From the NCBI RefSeq assembly GCF_018350175.1, contig NC_058382.1:56608001-56672000 (forward strand): a stretch of 64,000 bases of DNA, read 5' to 3'. This stretch comes from Felis catus (lineage: Eukaryota). Below are positions 11,817 through 24,805 of the stretch, piece by piece (position 1 is the first letter of the stretch; the number at the start of each line of letters is the position of its first letter). The position numbers were made by a program, and so were the translations under genes. The notes under the pieces were generated by a model. It was not told where the DNA came from. It saw only the letters and a program-made list of their open reading frames with translations, and searched no databases.

Positions 11817-12230
11817 GATTTCATTAGTTCTGATTATCATTTAGTAAGCAGTTCATGGTCCAAGAACCAGGGAGAGAAAAGAGACCTCATGCAGTACGTT
11901 CACAACCGGAGAGATAATTGGGTGCTAGACAGATTCATTATGGCCTCGTCATTTAATGTTTCTCAGGAGTGCTGGTGTTTCCAACTCCAAATAGAAAATC
12001 AGGAACAGAGTCTGAAAGGGGAAAATATATCTGAGACTCTTCACTGAGGAACAGGTGACTCACTAACTGATGTCTTGGGGCATCTTAAGATGACTCCTTT
12101 CAATCTCACTCATCCAACTTCCTCCTAGAGAAGTTGGTTATTAACAGGACTGGAAGTCATGGTCAAAAACAGTCAATGCACTCACCTCCTGAACACCTGT
12201 ATGAGGGTAGCATTGCCAGAATTCCTTACA
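11817..12230 (+). mobile_element. Gypsy integrase core C-terminal part and possible GPF/Y module
   Basis: SSDYH...NQGEKRDLMQYVHNRRDNW...FNVSQE then frameshifted SAGVS (cf. S(T)AYHPQ...NxxxKxxLxxYVxxxxDDW...YNxSxxESTGxSP); GLEVMVKN (12147-12170) and YEG (12200-12208) fit a GPF/Y-like module weakly. Confidence 0.65.
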
Positions 12231-12924
12231 AATCGACCACAGGTAGTAATTGCATCAGGACTTAATATTGTGGGGAGGCAAACAGGAAAGCAAAAGGATG
12301 TCAGCTTGTTTCGCTGCTTCTCGTGAGATCACAGAGCAAGTGGAGGTGTCAGGACATAGAAGAACTATTCTGGAAACCTAGACTTCTCAAGGTGGAATGA
12401 ATTTAGGATGTCTTCTCCCTCACCGTTTGCAAAGACTATGAGGACAAGATTCCAAGATTGTTGCATTGACACTGGGGAGGAATTGGGAAACAAAACAAGC
12501 CTTCCACCTTCTCCTTTAGTCATCCATCCATCTGGATTACAGACGCAGAGACTTTTCTAGAGCTGAGTCCAGTAATAGTACAGAGGCAGATGCTGTCTCA
12601 GTTAATCCATATAAAATTCCAGGGAAATTGGGCTTAACTCACTGATTCTACAGTGGAGGAGTGCAGGCTGTAGAGAGCTCAGACAGCTTCTGAATGACAG
12701 CAGACACAGATCTTCCAGTCCCAGGAACAGTTGTAATATTTGTTCAAGACACATGTTTCATGGGATCTTGAAATAGTCACCAGTAGAAATACAGAACATG
12801 TGCTAGGAAGTGATGCACAACCTGAGTCTCCACTCATCAAAAGGCACATTTCAGATGTTTGGGCTTTAAAAGTATCAGCCTCCAGTCTCCCATCTCCTAC
12901 TGAGACAAAATAGAGGTTTTCTTC

Positions 12925-13150
12925 TCTTTTTTTTTTTTAATTTTTTAATGCTTATTTATTTTTGAGATAGGGAGAGACAGAGTGTGAGCAGGAGAGGGGC
13001 AGAGAGGGAGGGAGACACAGAATCCAAAGCAGGCTCCAGGCTCCAAGCCGTCAGCACAGAGCCTGATGTGGGGCTCGAACTCGTGAACCACAAGATCATG
13101 ACCTGAGCTGAAGTCAGCTGCTCAACCCACTAAGCCACCCAGGCGCCTCC
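12925..13150 (-). mobile_element. CAN-SINE
   Basis: T-rich tail, gagacacagaatccaaagcaggctcc, ends agccacccaggcgcc. Confidence 0.95.
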
Positions 13151-13157
13151 CGCCTCC

Positions 13158-13300
13158 TTTTTTAAAGTTTATTTATTTTGAGAGATAGAGAGCTCGCGTC
13201 AGTGGGGAAGGCAGAGAGAGAAGGAGAGAGAGACAGAATCCCAAGCAGGCTCTCTGCTGAGAGCACGGAGCCAGATACAGGACTTGGTCCCACGAACCAC
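13158..13300 (-). mobile_element. CAN-SINE lacking its 5' head, adjacent to the previous SINE
   Basis: tttatttattttgagaga...agaatcccaagcaggctc; stops at cacgaaccac. Confidence 0.85.
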
Positions 13301-14618
13301 AAAATAGATTTTTTTTAAGAAGGCCGAGATGTCCTAAACGGCCCAGTGAAAGTTTCTACTCCTCTCACAACACATCTTGAAATAGCTAAGGGATCACACT
13401 GGGCTAGAATTTTCCATGTTGTTTGCACATTATTCAGACTCTCCGCGTACAAGTCCTCCGTCAGCAACTTGCTAGCTGAATGGTCTTGGCCACTAGAATG
13501 TGAGCTCCATGAGAACAGGCATTTTTGTTTGTCTCGTTTATGTCTGTGTCCTCTTGCCTAGAACAGTCCCTAGAAATACAGGTGCTCAATAAATGTTGGG
13601 AAGAAGGAAGGCAGGATGGAATGGAAGAAGGAGAGAAAAGTTCTTGAATATACCTAAGCCCCAGTTTTCCCATCTTCCAAAAGAGGATAATCATGGTACT
13701 TTTTTTCAAAAGACTGTTTTGAGGACTTATGTGATAATACAAGAAAAATGCTTAGAATAGTGCCTGGAATGGAGTAATCACACAACAGCATTGGATGAAG
13801 ATGATGACTGAGAATTTGGCAATTATTTCCTGAATGACCACTACATGGCAGGCATTGTGCTGGAGACCAGGGTTACAAAAAGAAGTTAAACGTGGACAAG
13901 CCACATTCTACAAAGCTTCATTTTTTTCCTTCTTCAGTTCGGTATATGTCCTCCTTCGATGTATTGTAGATTTACATATAACTGCAAGTTCTTTGGAAAT
14001 ATTATTTTCTTTCATTTTCTGCTATACTGACCTTGCATCTAGAAATAACAAGGGTCCCCCAAGAATCTCTTTTGTTTCCTTTTTTTTTTATTGATGGATA
14101 AAGTTTAAGAATTATGTAAGTTCCCAGCAGCCTCTAAAGCATTGCAGGCATTTTCAACATGACATATAAACGCTTGCCTGGGAGAGCATCTTTTATCTGT
14201 GTCACTATTGAAAGTTCTCATTTTATTCAATTCTTATGAAAACACAAAAAGGAAAAAAAGCCTACAGGAACTAACTCACTCCTTACTCTTTCAATAGCAC
14301 CATGATTGAGTGATCTGTCTTCTGCCTCTAAGAAGAAATTCCAGTGATCCTAGACCCTTCATCTTTTAGAACTGATTTCCCAGAGGGCAATTCACCAGAA
14401 AAGACAGGTGCCCCTGTTGGGGCAGGATGGGGGTGGGGGGGGGTGTGCAGAAACCTGGCTTGGATAGACCTTTTCAAAAGTCTGAAATAAAAGTTTAAAA
14501 CTGATTTTCAGAATCCCTATAATTGCGTAGGCCTGCCTGTATAGCTCTCTGAAGAACAACAGTATAAATACCCACATAAACAACCTATTGCAGTGCAATT
14601 CTGTATTATTTAAATTTC

Positions 14619-14831
14619 TTTTTTTTTTAATGTTTATTTATTTTTGAGACAGAGAGAGACAGAGCATGAGCGGGGGAGGGTCAGAGAGAGAGGGAGACAC
14701 AGAATCTGAAACAGGCTCCAGGCTCTGAGCTGTCAGCACAGAGCCCGATGCGGGGCTTGAACTCACAGACCGTGAGATCATGACCTGAGCCGAAGCCGGA
14801 CGCTTCACCGACTGAGCCACCCAGGCGCCCC
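14619..14831 (-). mobile_element. CAN-SINE
   Basis: full antisense SINEC ending gagccacccaggcgcccc. Confidence 0.96.
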
Positions 14832-16819
14832 TACTCACTATTTCTTTTTGGAGCTGCTGTGACAAGAGGCAATGCTGGATGCCATATTGCCTCAACTGGG
14901 GTAAACAAATATAAATATCATTTGGCTATTTGTTTAGTTTTCAAAGTATCACCAAGGCCCCTCAAAGATAAAAGGAAGAAATTAAACAGTTTCAAGAGCG
15001 GTTTTGCAAGAATGAAGAAATAATCCTCAGCTGTAGGCAAATGCTCTTGAAATATTATGTAACGTCTGATTTTTTCCCCTCTCAATTATAGTTATTTCAC
15101 GCATGTTACAGATGAAGCCATTGTATCAGTTGGAGACCAATTTTAATCCCAAGGTTGATTAGACAGTTAGCTCTCCCTGATTTGTACACTGTCTCTTTGC
15201 TCTACACCCCTATCCCCACACAGCCATTGATTTACACGCAAATAAGGGTTTGGCTTGATTCATTAGTGGAATGTCCTAATGAACACTTGGTTTCATTTAA
15301 CCTTTCGCTGCAACAAAAGTCTCCAGGGAACCGCTCCTTCTCTCTGAGTGGCTCCGGTCTGCTATCGCGGTGTCGCATGCTTACAACCCAGGTCAAGTAA
15401 GAGCCATGCCTCCAGTGTTGGCTGCTCAAGTTCCAAGCTGTGGGTGATATTTGCAAAAGGTCATTCTTCTCTCCAATAATTAAAATTAACGAAACAGCTG
15501 GAGTGTAAATTGGGAGGAGGGGGCAAGACTTCTCTTCAGTCATTTGAAGATGTAGGAATTGAAAGGAGCCTCAGATGTCATCTAAGACTGGTTTCAGCCA
15601 GTGTTCTATGCAGTCTGAGGACATCCCTAAAAGAAGGTCATCTGGTTATTTCTTGAAGCTACCTGGGAATGAGAGTCTTGTCTGGAACTCTTCAGGATTC
15701 TTCCCCTCTAACCAGCCACATACTCCTGGGTGTCCTTTCTCTGCCAGGGGTCAGTTTCTGCATAAAGCAAGCTCCCTGCCCTCGGGCTCACAGAGAATGG
15801 TGTCCAGGTTACGGTGTCCTCATCCAGATTGCACTCCCAAAATAATTCCCACATATCTTATCAACTCCCTAAAAAATACCTTCCTCCTGTTAATTCCTCT
15901 CCTTTGTCCTCCCTTCCACTGTTTCCTTTGTAACTTTTTATTCTCCATTTCCTTGTGTCTTCAGTTATCCCCTAGAACACATCCTTCCTTCTCACCTTGA
16001 GAGAAACTTCGCCCTTCCCCAACTAACCTGAAGGGTGTGACTGTATCTACCTTTCTTTTCGCCTCTAGCTAGTTAGGTATTTATCTGCCTATTGATTTCT
16101 TTCTTCTTTCCTTCCATTTTCTTCATTGATTCATTCAACAATTGATTCGTTCATTCACTAGGACCCAATATGTGCCCTGCGCTGTCCTTGACACTACAGA
16201 TGCAGCATTGAACCGCCCTCATTAAGCTTACATTCTATTGGAGTAACTGAAAATAAACAAGGTCTTAATATAGATATAGATTAGATATAGATATAGATAC
16301 ATACAGTACAGAAAATTGTTCATTTTTCTTTTTAAATGGAGTTGGTTCTTTTGCCATGCCCTCAGTCCCAGAATTTGAAAACTAAAAGACAAGGTCAACG
16401 TTCTCAGGGTTCCCTTGGAAGAACCTTTCTTCCATCACCCTTTTCCAACAGCTCCTTCTCTGAAGCTCATGCCCTCTGATTATACTATCTCAATACCCCC
16501 TGGCCCCTGGCCACCGGTTCTCTTCCCCTCCATTCATTGAAATTCTACAACTCTGTGTCCTGGCTCAGTTTCCCTGTCTGCCCTTTATCCTTTCATCATT
16601 GGAGTGATTTCAGCCTGTGATGGAAAGGCCAAGATTCTTGATTTCTACTGTGTCAATGATATTAATCTTCCTTTCACTAGAGCAGATAACTCATAAGTTT
16701 GTATTCTAGACCTTGCTAATATCCCAGCTCCATTAACTCCCATCCTAAATCTTCTCCTGGACCATGACCTTCTGTTTATCCCTTTTCCTCCCCCATTGAA
16801 TGAACTCTTTATCAAGATA

Positions 16820-16844
16820 TCTCTCTCTCTCTCACTCTCACTCT

Positions 16845-16892
<48 letters not shown>
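16820..16892 (+). repeat. (CT)n-(CA)n compound microsatellite
   Basis: seen directly. Confidence 0.95.
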
Positions 16893-16895
<3 letters not shown>

Positions 16896-17058
16896 TTTGC
16901 TCATCTCCTAGCCTCTTGGGCTCCCTGCATTCTAGAGTCAGTGATGGTCTTTATCTCCCCTAAGTCCTCAGTGACTGTGAGCCCTTTCCATTTTTTCTTT
17001 CAGGTGTAAACTCCCTATTAACACAGTCTATCTCTTATTTCCCTTCTTGTTCTTCAGG

Positions 17059-17512
17059 TGTGGTAGGCACAATAATAGCCCTTCAAAGTTGTTTTTGTCC
17101 TCATCCCCAGAATCTGTAAATATATTACCTTACACGGCTAAAGGGACAGCAGGTGTGGTTAAGGATCCTGAGGTGGGGATAGTAATCCTGGATTATCGAA
17201 GTGGCCCAGTGTCGTCACAAGAGACATAAGATGGGCATATGAGGGTCAAAAAGAGAAAGAGATGTGGCCATGGATGTAGAGGTCAGAGCGATGCCACCAG
17301 GAGCCAAGGAACGCGGGCATCCTCTGGAAGCTGGAAAAGGCTGGGAGTGGAATAGAGCCTCCAGAAGGAAGCGGCCCCACTGACACCTTGATTTTAGCTC
17401 CCATAAGGCCCATTTAAAACGTTAGACCTTTAGAACTATAAAACAATAAATCTCAGTTGTTTTAAGCCATTAAATTTGGCATTTGTTATCACAGCCATAG
17501 GAGACTCATACA
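17059..17512 (+). mobile_element. MLT1 (D/E-like) solo LTR
   Basis: TG...CA termini; tgtggtaggcac start, tggaagctggaaaagg, aataaa...ttgttttaagcca, ends gactcataca. Confidence 0.9.
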
Positions 17513-19949
17513 GAGTGCCATCGCCAAGAGATGGCATGCCAAGGCATGCAGGGACAGTGGCCCTGTGCACCCCCAGGACCTCTCTTTGGCCTGAGTGCAG
17601 TCCAGCTCTCCTGCTCAGCTGCCCCTCTCCTCCACCCCTTCTCCTATAGTTGACTAGGGCCTATTTGTGACAACACAAACGCCCGTTCCTCTAATAACAT
17701 TAATAATTATGCTTAGCCAGCTCCTTTCAGGGCCATAAAGATGTTTCTTAGAGCCTGTCAAGAGCCTCTGACAGCGTTGGTGTCTCTGTGTCACTTCACT
17801 TGTGAAAGGTGATGGAAAGGGCAGAGTGATCTATAACTGACCCTCTGGTCGGTCCCACCGGCCCGCACGGAAACCTTCAAAGGAAGCGCTCTCTGGTATA
17901 TTTTCCATTTGTGCGTGACACAGGGCAGAGTCATTCGTGTTTGTCAGGTTAATCTGAAAGCCTCTGTGGCTAGGTATCCACATTTTAACAGAGGGAAAGT
18001 GCCACGTTTGGGCTGCTCGTATTTATCCTGTGAGGGGAAAGTGGGTTTTATTATTGTGCTTGGTATGACCTTCTGTGGGTCTCGAGGGGATTCAGTGCCT
18101 GGGAAACACTGCAAAATAGCAGGAAGCAAAAACAGTTGACTGTGATGGGAAACTCATTTTTTATTTTTAAAAGCATTAGAAACACACTGTTAAGTCCCCA
18201 TTAGTTTGACCTCAGTGGTTAGATTTTTTTTTTTTTTTTTACCTCTGCATTTTTCTGGGTCATTTTTTGGATTTGTTTGTCTCCTTTTTCAACGAACAAG
18301 ATTTTCTTATGTTGTCAAATTAGAAAATGAAAATCTGCTTTGTTAAAAAAAAAAAGTGCTGCATGGTGGGGAGGCAAGAGTGCAATGCCGTGATTTGTAA
18401 TGCCTTATTAAAGGACTCCCTGAATAAGCCATGAAGATAAGCCCCAGCCTACCGAATCGGACCTTGTGGTGCTCAGCACCTAGGCCCTGTGTGAGATACT
18501 CAAAAATATTTGCTGACCGAAGGAAAACCAGGTAGACATATTGGAAATCAGTCTGTAAGACAAGGGAATAGACAAGATTCTACATCTACTTGATATTCTC
18601 TTCTTGCCTGTGTTTGTTTGTGGAACGAGCTACACATATTCATTTGTTTGTTTTAGGGGAATTCCATTGGGTGCATCGATTCTGTTGTTTTCAGGTTAAA
18701 TCGGTTGTTTCAAATCTCCCTATTTTCCAATGCATTCAGCCACTGTTCTTGGTTTATTTGTTAAAATAACCATAGCCCTGGACCAGTCCATCGCATTTAT
18801 CTTTCACAAACAATTCTAGGGATTTGTTCTACCATCAGTTTTCCTGTTAGGGGGCACAAATATATGCTCTCAATATATTTCCCAGAGGCAAACATCTTTT
18901 CTTCTTCACGCAGTGAGACAGTTGCAGAAGGAAGAATGTGGAAAGTGCCTCACTTGAGAAGATGGTGTCGGCATACGTGCACTTGATAATAGGACAGAGC
19001 GTTGCAGTCTGGGTCAATTGTGATTTCTCAATAGTCTCCGTGAGACGAGGGCAGGACACAGCTCGCAGGGAATGGTCTCTATTAGGTGTTGTAAAATCAC
19101 TTCATGACCCAGAAGTTGTCTCATTTATGGAAGGAGAGGCCCATTTTCCATGATCAGTCCAAGCAGGTCTCTCTGACCCCTCTTTGACTAGAGTCAAACA
19201 CAAACAGGGTACTTTAGGAAATCTTTCCTCTGATAACCAATGATGAAAGTAAAAAGTCAGCACCTTCAGGATGGAGTTTGTCCATTTTTGTATCTCTGTG
19301 GCAGCTGTAGAGTGGACCTGCCGTCAGATTTGTTGAATGAACCATTGAATTATACACTAAAAGACGTTAGAGGAACACACCCCCGCTCGTACTCACGTTC
19401 ACATACGGCATTGAAGATGATTCAAAAGAGAGAGAAAAGAGCATGAGGAAAACAAATAAAAGAGTACGAACCTGGTTTCCTTGCATACAACCTAGTATGT
19501 TAATTGGTGCCTAGAGCAGTTCCCTCATCATCACTTAGGATGGGTCATCGGTCACCTCTCCAGGGTGGTAGCGATCTCAAACCTTTCCCTCTGCCCCACC
19601 TCAACTCACCTTCAGAAAGAAAGTGAGCCAGCAAGAAGGTTGCCAATTTTGGTTTACCATTCTAAGGCATCAGTATTTTGTTTTAGCAACGCGACCCAAG
19701 CAGAGAGCTTCCTGTATGATACCTTTGCAACATTCCACTGTGACACACACTGTCTGTTGACATCTGGTTGTTTTACAATTGTTGGGGCTAAAGCAGTTGA
19801 TTCTTACCTATTTCCCCCTTTCTTTAATATTACAAATAGGAGACTCTCAGGATTAAAGGAGAAATTAAATATAATCTCATCATATCTGCCTTCTGATGTT
19901 TACAATATTGCTTCTCTCTCTCTTTGCCCACGTAATTTTCCAGTCTCTG

Positions 19950-20200
19950 CTTAAGTGTCTCCAATGGTAGATAATTTACTCTCTCATGAAAGTTCCTTCC
20001 GTTCGTTGTCAGTTGAGGATTATAAGAAGATTCTTCATCATCATTGATTTGAAATTCCTATATTTGCATCTAGTAATCATATTTCTCCCAAGTGGTTTCC
20101 TCTTCCGTATTCCAGATATTTGAAGGGAAAAAAGGCTATCATGCTTCTTTTGGTGACTTTAATCTAAACACCAGTTCCTTCAACTGTCACTTAGTTCATC
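19950..20200 (-). mobile_element. L3/CR1 LINE 3' fragment
   Basis: atatttgaag...gctatcatg...ctaaacaccagttccttcaa matches the antisense CR1 3' region. Confidence 0.6.
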
Positions 20201-22796
20201 TGATTGAACTGCCTAATTTATCCCAAGGCAATCATGGGTTGGAGCTCCTTCGTTGTCCTTGTCCTGTTGCCTTATCATTTGCTTTATCCATCCCAGCACT
20301 GTGGCAGGAACGAGAGGCACATAGGAAGAGGACAAGAGTGGTGCAGATCATGGAGGTTGTATGAACCTCAGATTTATTCTGACATGGGGAGGCTTTCAAA
20401 TAGAGAGGTATAGTCTAACTTATGTTTCAGCATGAGCCTTCGGCCACTGTGCTGAGAGACAGACTGAAGAGGAAGGCAAAAGCAGGAGCAGGTAAACTAG
20501 GACGGAGACTACCATGAGCCAGGACCGCTGCTGAGAAAGGGTTCGATGGCGGGTATAATCCGGTCGCTCATTTGGAAACGTATGAGTCCCAGGGAACACA
20601 GCTTGGAAACAAACTGGGTTCCCAGTTGCGTGGAGCTCTGTTTTATCTACCGGGTTGCCACGCTTGCTGAATAAGAGAAAATAAATTCTCAAAAGGAGCT
20701 GCCTGGATAGGCAGATCTGTAGGCAGAGCATCAGTAGCTGTAGTCCTCATCGTTAGTGCTGTTCAGGCACAGAACTTGTCTATACCACATTCTATCATCT
20801 AAGCCTATGACCTACCTGAGTGGTACTTGGGACTCCCTTATCACAGAAGAGGAAATTGAGGCTGAGAAAGGTTAAGACATTTGTCTCAAGTGGAGTGACT
20901 CCAAATGATGGAGTGGGGGCCTATGCTTGATATGCTTTCCTGCAGTGCAGAGAACAGTGAACAGGGACCCCCCCTTGATCGCAGCTGCTATAAGTATAGT
21001 GGGTAAAAGTTGAGTTTGAAGAGAAAGTATCAGCCTGAGGTCAAGGAAAACCCTGGCCTGTGAGGGCCACCATATGTCTCTCTGACCGTGAGTGCAGAAT
21101 GTTCTGGCAAACTCCGAGGCTCATGTGAATGCCACAAGCTGCCCAAAGGCCACAAGAAAGTTCTGGAAGCCAAAATCTATAGCTGCATCTTGCACACAGC
21201 CTAGAGAGCAGCATCCCTGATCAAGAAGAGAAAAAAGGTCACTGAAAATATTGTCTTCACTCTCAAATCAACCATGACACCTTAAGTGTGTGCCATTTGA
21301 AGAAAACCCTCATTGCCCCGATTGACTTGATCCTTGTGGCTCTTCCTCATGGTTAGGGCCGGTGAGGATCGTTTTCACTGTGCACAAAAAGAACCAAGGG
21401 CTAAGGAGGTTACATCACTTATCCATGCTCTTGTGGGGAGTCTTAGGATTCTGCCTCTCTGTTGCATCATACTTCAGGAGTGAAAGGCACAGAAAAGCCA
21501 TCAGCAAATATTTGTTGAGCACCTACCATGTGCCACATACCAAGGAGCAAAAATAGACCAAGTGTCCGCCTTCCTGGAACTTAACTTGTGGAAAGAGAAT
21601 CGGGACCAGAAAGGGGTTATCCTGAGGTTTAGTCCTGGCTCTTTTATTAACTTGGATGTGATGATTGGTTGGCTACCCTGTATCTTGGACCCTTGCTTTC
21701 CTCATCTATACGATGAGGGAAATAGAACGAATCCATTCTCTTTAGGCTTGTCAAGTGGACCCAATGAATCAGCAGGAAAAAACAAGCTTTGTGACATCTA
21801 TGTGAACAGGCTGGCATTCGTGATACAAAAACACACAACGAGTAGACAAACCACACTGACCCAGTATGAATAAGAGCATGCATTCTTTTCTTCATGCACC
21901 TGCTAATTTTACCAAAGGGAGTTAGCTTCGTTGCCTGTGACTGAAAGAAACTCTTTGCTTCCGTTTTCATTAGTTCAGCGACCAGGTGTGGTTTCTCCTA
22001 TAAATCTTCAATCCAGGAGCACTGCTGCCGGAAGATTCATTGGCCTGGCAAAAGAGAAGGGGAGCCCTCCCAAGTCCAGCAGTATAGACATAATGACAAA
22101 TAAGGCAAACTTAGGCTGATGTAGATTCCTTGAATATACCATTAGCTACTGTTGTATCACATTATGCTGGTTTACACAAGAACCATGCAGGAGATGAGAG
22201 TATTTAAATGCCTTTATTACTTGGCATCATGATATTAGCATTGTTTTGTAATGATTTTTTTTTCTCAGTGAAAAACATGTCCTTAATCTAAAAATATAGA
22301 GTACACTTAATGGCTCATTGAAAAGTATTTTCTTTGCATGGGGTGGGGGGGGGCAGTAATCAATCTTTTCTATAGCTTATTTTTCTTTTCTTTCTAGCAA
22401 GGTTAATATTCACAGCATGATCTGATGGACTTTATTTTACAAGGTGAGAGGTTTCCCAGAAGTGCAATGCAGGGCTCATTAGTCCAGTGCAGAAGAAATG
22501 GTTCAAAGCAATTTGAAGGGGCATCATTGATAGCCGAGTCCTCTCTGTACATAAGCTGAGCTCCCACCTTGTAGCTCAGGTTAATGAGGATTTTCCAGTA
22601 ACTAAACTCACTCTGCCACAGGTTCAAGGTGGACCCGTTAGAGCCAGTTTGTTACATCATGGGAAGACCATAGCGTTTTGCATTGTAGGACCTGGGTTGG
22701 CGTCCCGGCCATGCCATTCATTGGCTGTATGGCATGGGCTCTGAACTTATTTCCCCACTGGTGTGATGGAGATTATAAATAAGAATGCTTTCCTTG

Positions 22797-23004
22797 GGGG
22801 CGCCTGCATGGTTCAGTCATTTGAGCATCCAACTCTTGATCTCGGCTCAGGTCACTCTCTCACAGTTTGTGGGATTGAGCCCCACGTTGGGCTCTGTGCT
22901 GATAGCACAGAGCCTGCTTAGGATTCTCTCTCTCCCTCTCTCTTTGCCCTTACCCCACTTGCGCATGGTCTCTCTCTCTTTCTCAAAATAAATAAACATA
23001 AAAA
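22797..23004 (+). mobile_element. CAN-SINE
   Basis: ggggcgcctg head, CT tract, A tail; TSD-like aatgctttcct on both sides. Confidence 0.95.
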
Positions 23005-23990
23005 AGAAATGCTTTCCTCAAGGATCATCCAAATATTAAATGATTCAAGTCCACATGCTCAAAACCTAACTTGGAATCTGTCCTCTACTCCCTTCATCCC
23101 AAACTCAGTAAAGGACCCCAGGATCCATCCAGTGTTCAAAGTAAGAAACCACACAGTAATCACATGCACAGTCCCTTTCCCGTGTTTGGCCCAGAGCCTC
23201 CCGATGTCCCAGCCTCATTGGTGCCACCCCATAATATGTCTGGAGTATGTCCATTTCTCTCTGCATCCACTGCCCCCACCCTAGCCAAGCCTATGCTACC
23301 ACTTCTCAGACTATTAGACGATCCTCATACCTGGTACACCTGCATCTATGAAGCCCCATTTAATGTGTCCTCACTGGTTGCAGGAGGAGTGATCTTCTTC
23401 CCAAACACTAGTTAGTGTGTAACTGTGACATGGTCCAGCCATTGCTTTCTCTCTTCACCCTACCTCATTTCATTCTCCCGAGCCCACTGCGCTCCACCCT
23501 GGCCTTCCTCGAACATGCCATGCCGTCCCTACACCGTCGTGGAGGCTTTGTTCATACAATTCCTTCTGCCAACATGCACTTCCCTGTACCTCACATCCAA
23601 GTCTAGGGGACTCTCGATCAGCCTCCAGACTCATCTCAGCTGATAAACCTTGGCTGTGCCCCTAGATGAGGACAAACCCCTGTGTTTCTCCCTCTGCCCA
23701 TATTTACAACAATTGTCCTTCTGCATTTACCATTGTCACTGATTGGTTGTCAGTCTTCCTCCCCTTAGGGTGAGCTACCTTGTGAGAAGGTAGGAATCTC
23801 GTCAGTTTGTTTACTATTCCCCCCCTCCAATAAGTGGCAATTCTAGGCTTTGCACACTGTAGGTCGCTCGATAAATATGTGGGGAACAAATGAGATGTCG
23901 GTGTGAGTCATGTATCTTTAATCATTTAATAAAATAAGCTACAGAGAGTTTACTGTGTACCAGACACGATGCTGGGTGTTTCCTCACCAG

Positions 23991-24210
23991 CAGTGTTGTG
24001 CTGAAACTGGCTTGTATCTGGTCATGAGAGCCACTGGTGTATGTCTCTTCCCAATAACACCTTCAGACACACAGTGGTTTGAAATCAACTAGTCACAGTG
24101 GGAGTATTTACACCACAGAAATTGCCAGACTTAGAAACCAGGTTGGTACCCCCCACACACACACACCCCCACTGAGAAAAGCTGGTTTGTAAACATTTAC
24201 TGGCATACCA
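23991..24210 (+). mobile_element. MER63-like hAT MITE
   Basis: cagtgttgtgctg...gagagcc start, gtgggagtatttacaccac, aaacatttactggcatacca end. Confidence 0.7.
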
Positions 24211-24339
24211 AAAGAAAAGGAATTTCAGATCAAGACCATTGGGTATTCTTATAAAGAGGTGGTGTATACTAAATATTCAGAACTTCGATGCAGTTGATGT
24301 CAGTGGAGAGGACACAATGGAGGAAATGGAAAATGTCTC

Positions 24340-24805
24340 TGGGTGACTGGCATTGAAATTTCTGCTTGCCTTCCAATCTGTTCTTCCCTTCCTCCAGAGG
24401 AATAGAAAGCTCACTGGAGCATATGGCTACCCAGAGCAAAGACTACATTTCCCAGCCTCCCTTGCAGCCAGATGTGTCATAGGACAGTTTGGGCCAGTGG
24501 GCCATGTGGTTCCTTCCAGGGATCTCCTATCATAAAATGCTGGTGCTGATCCCTTGTCATTCTTCTTTAATCCCCATTTTCCTTGCTGCTGGGTAAAATG
24601 TGGGCAAGAAGGTGGGCATATAAGCAGCCATCTAGGGAATGAAGGTCTCACATTCACCTCCAAAGAGCCAGAAAATATAAAGAAGCTGAGTGCCTCTAAC
24701 ATTAAAGATCCCCCCACACACACACCAGCTCGGGACTGTGTGCATACAGAATTTTACATTAGAGGGAGAAATGTCTCTGTTTTCTTTGGGGTTCTTGGTC
24801 ACAGA
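24340..24805 (+). mobile_element. MLT1 (H/J-like) LTR
   Basis: actacatttcccagcctcccttgcagccagatgtg motif. Confidence 0.75.

Noticed and set aside
6950..12230. Functional domesticated Gypsy gene (RTL/PEG10-like)
   Set aside because: Multiple stops, frameshifts, deletions and nested repeats; YxDD is mutated.
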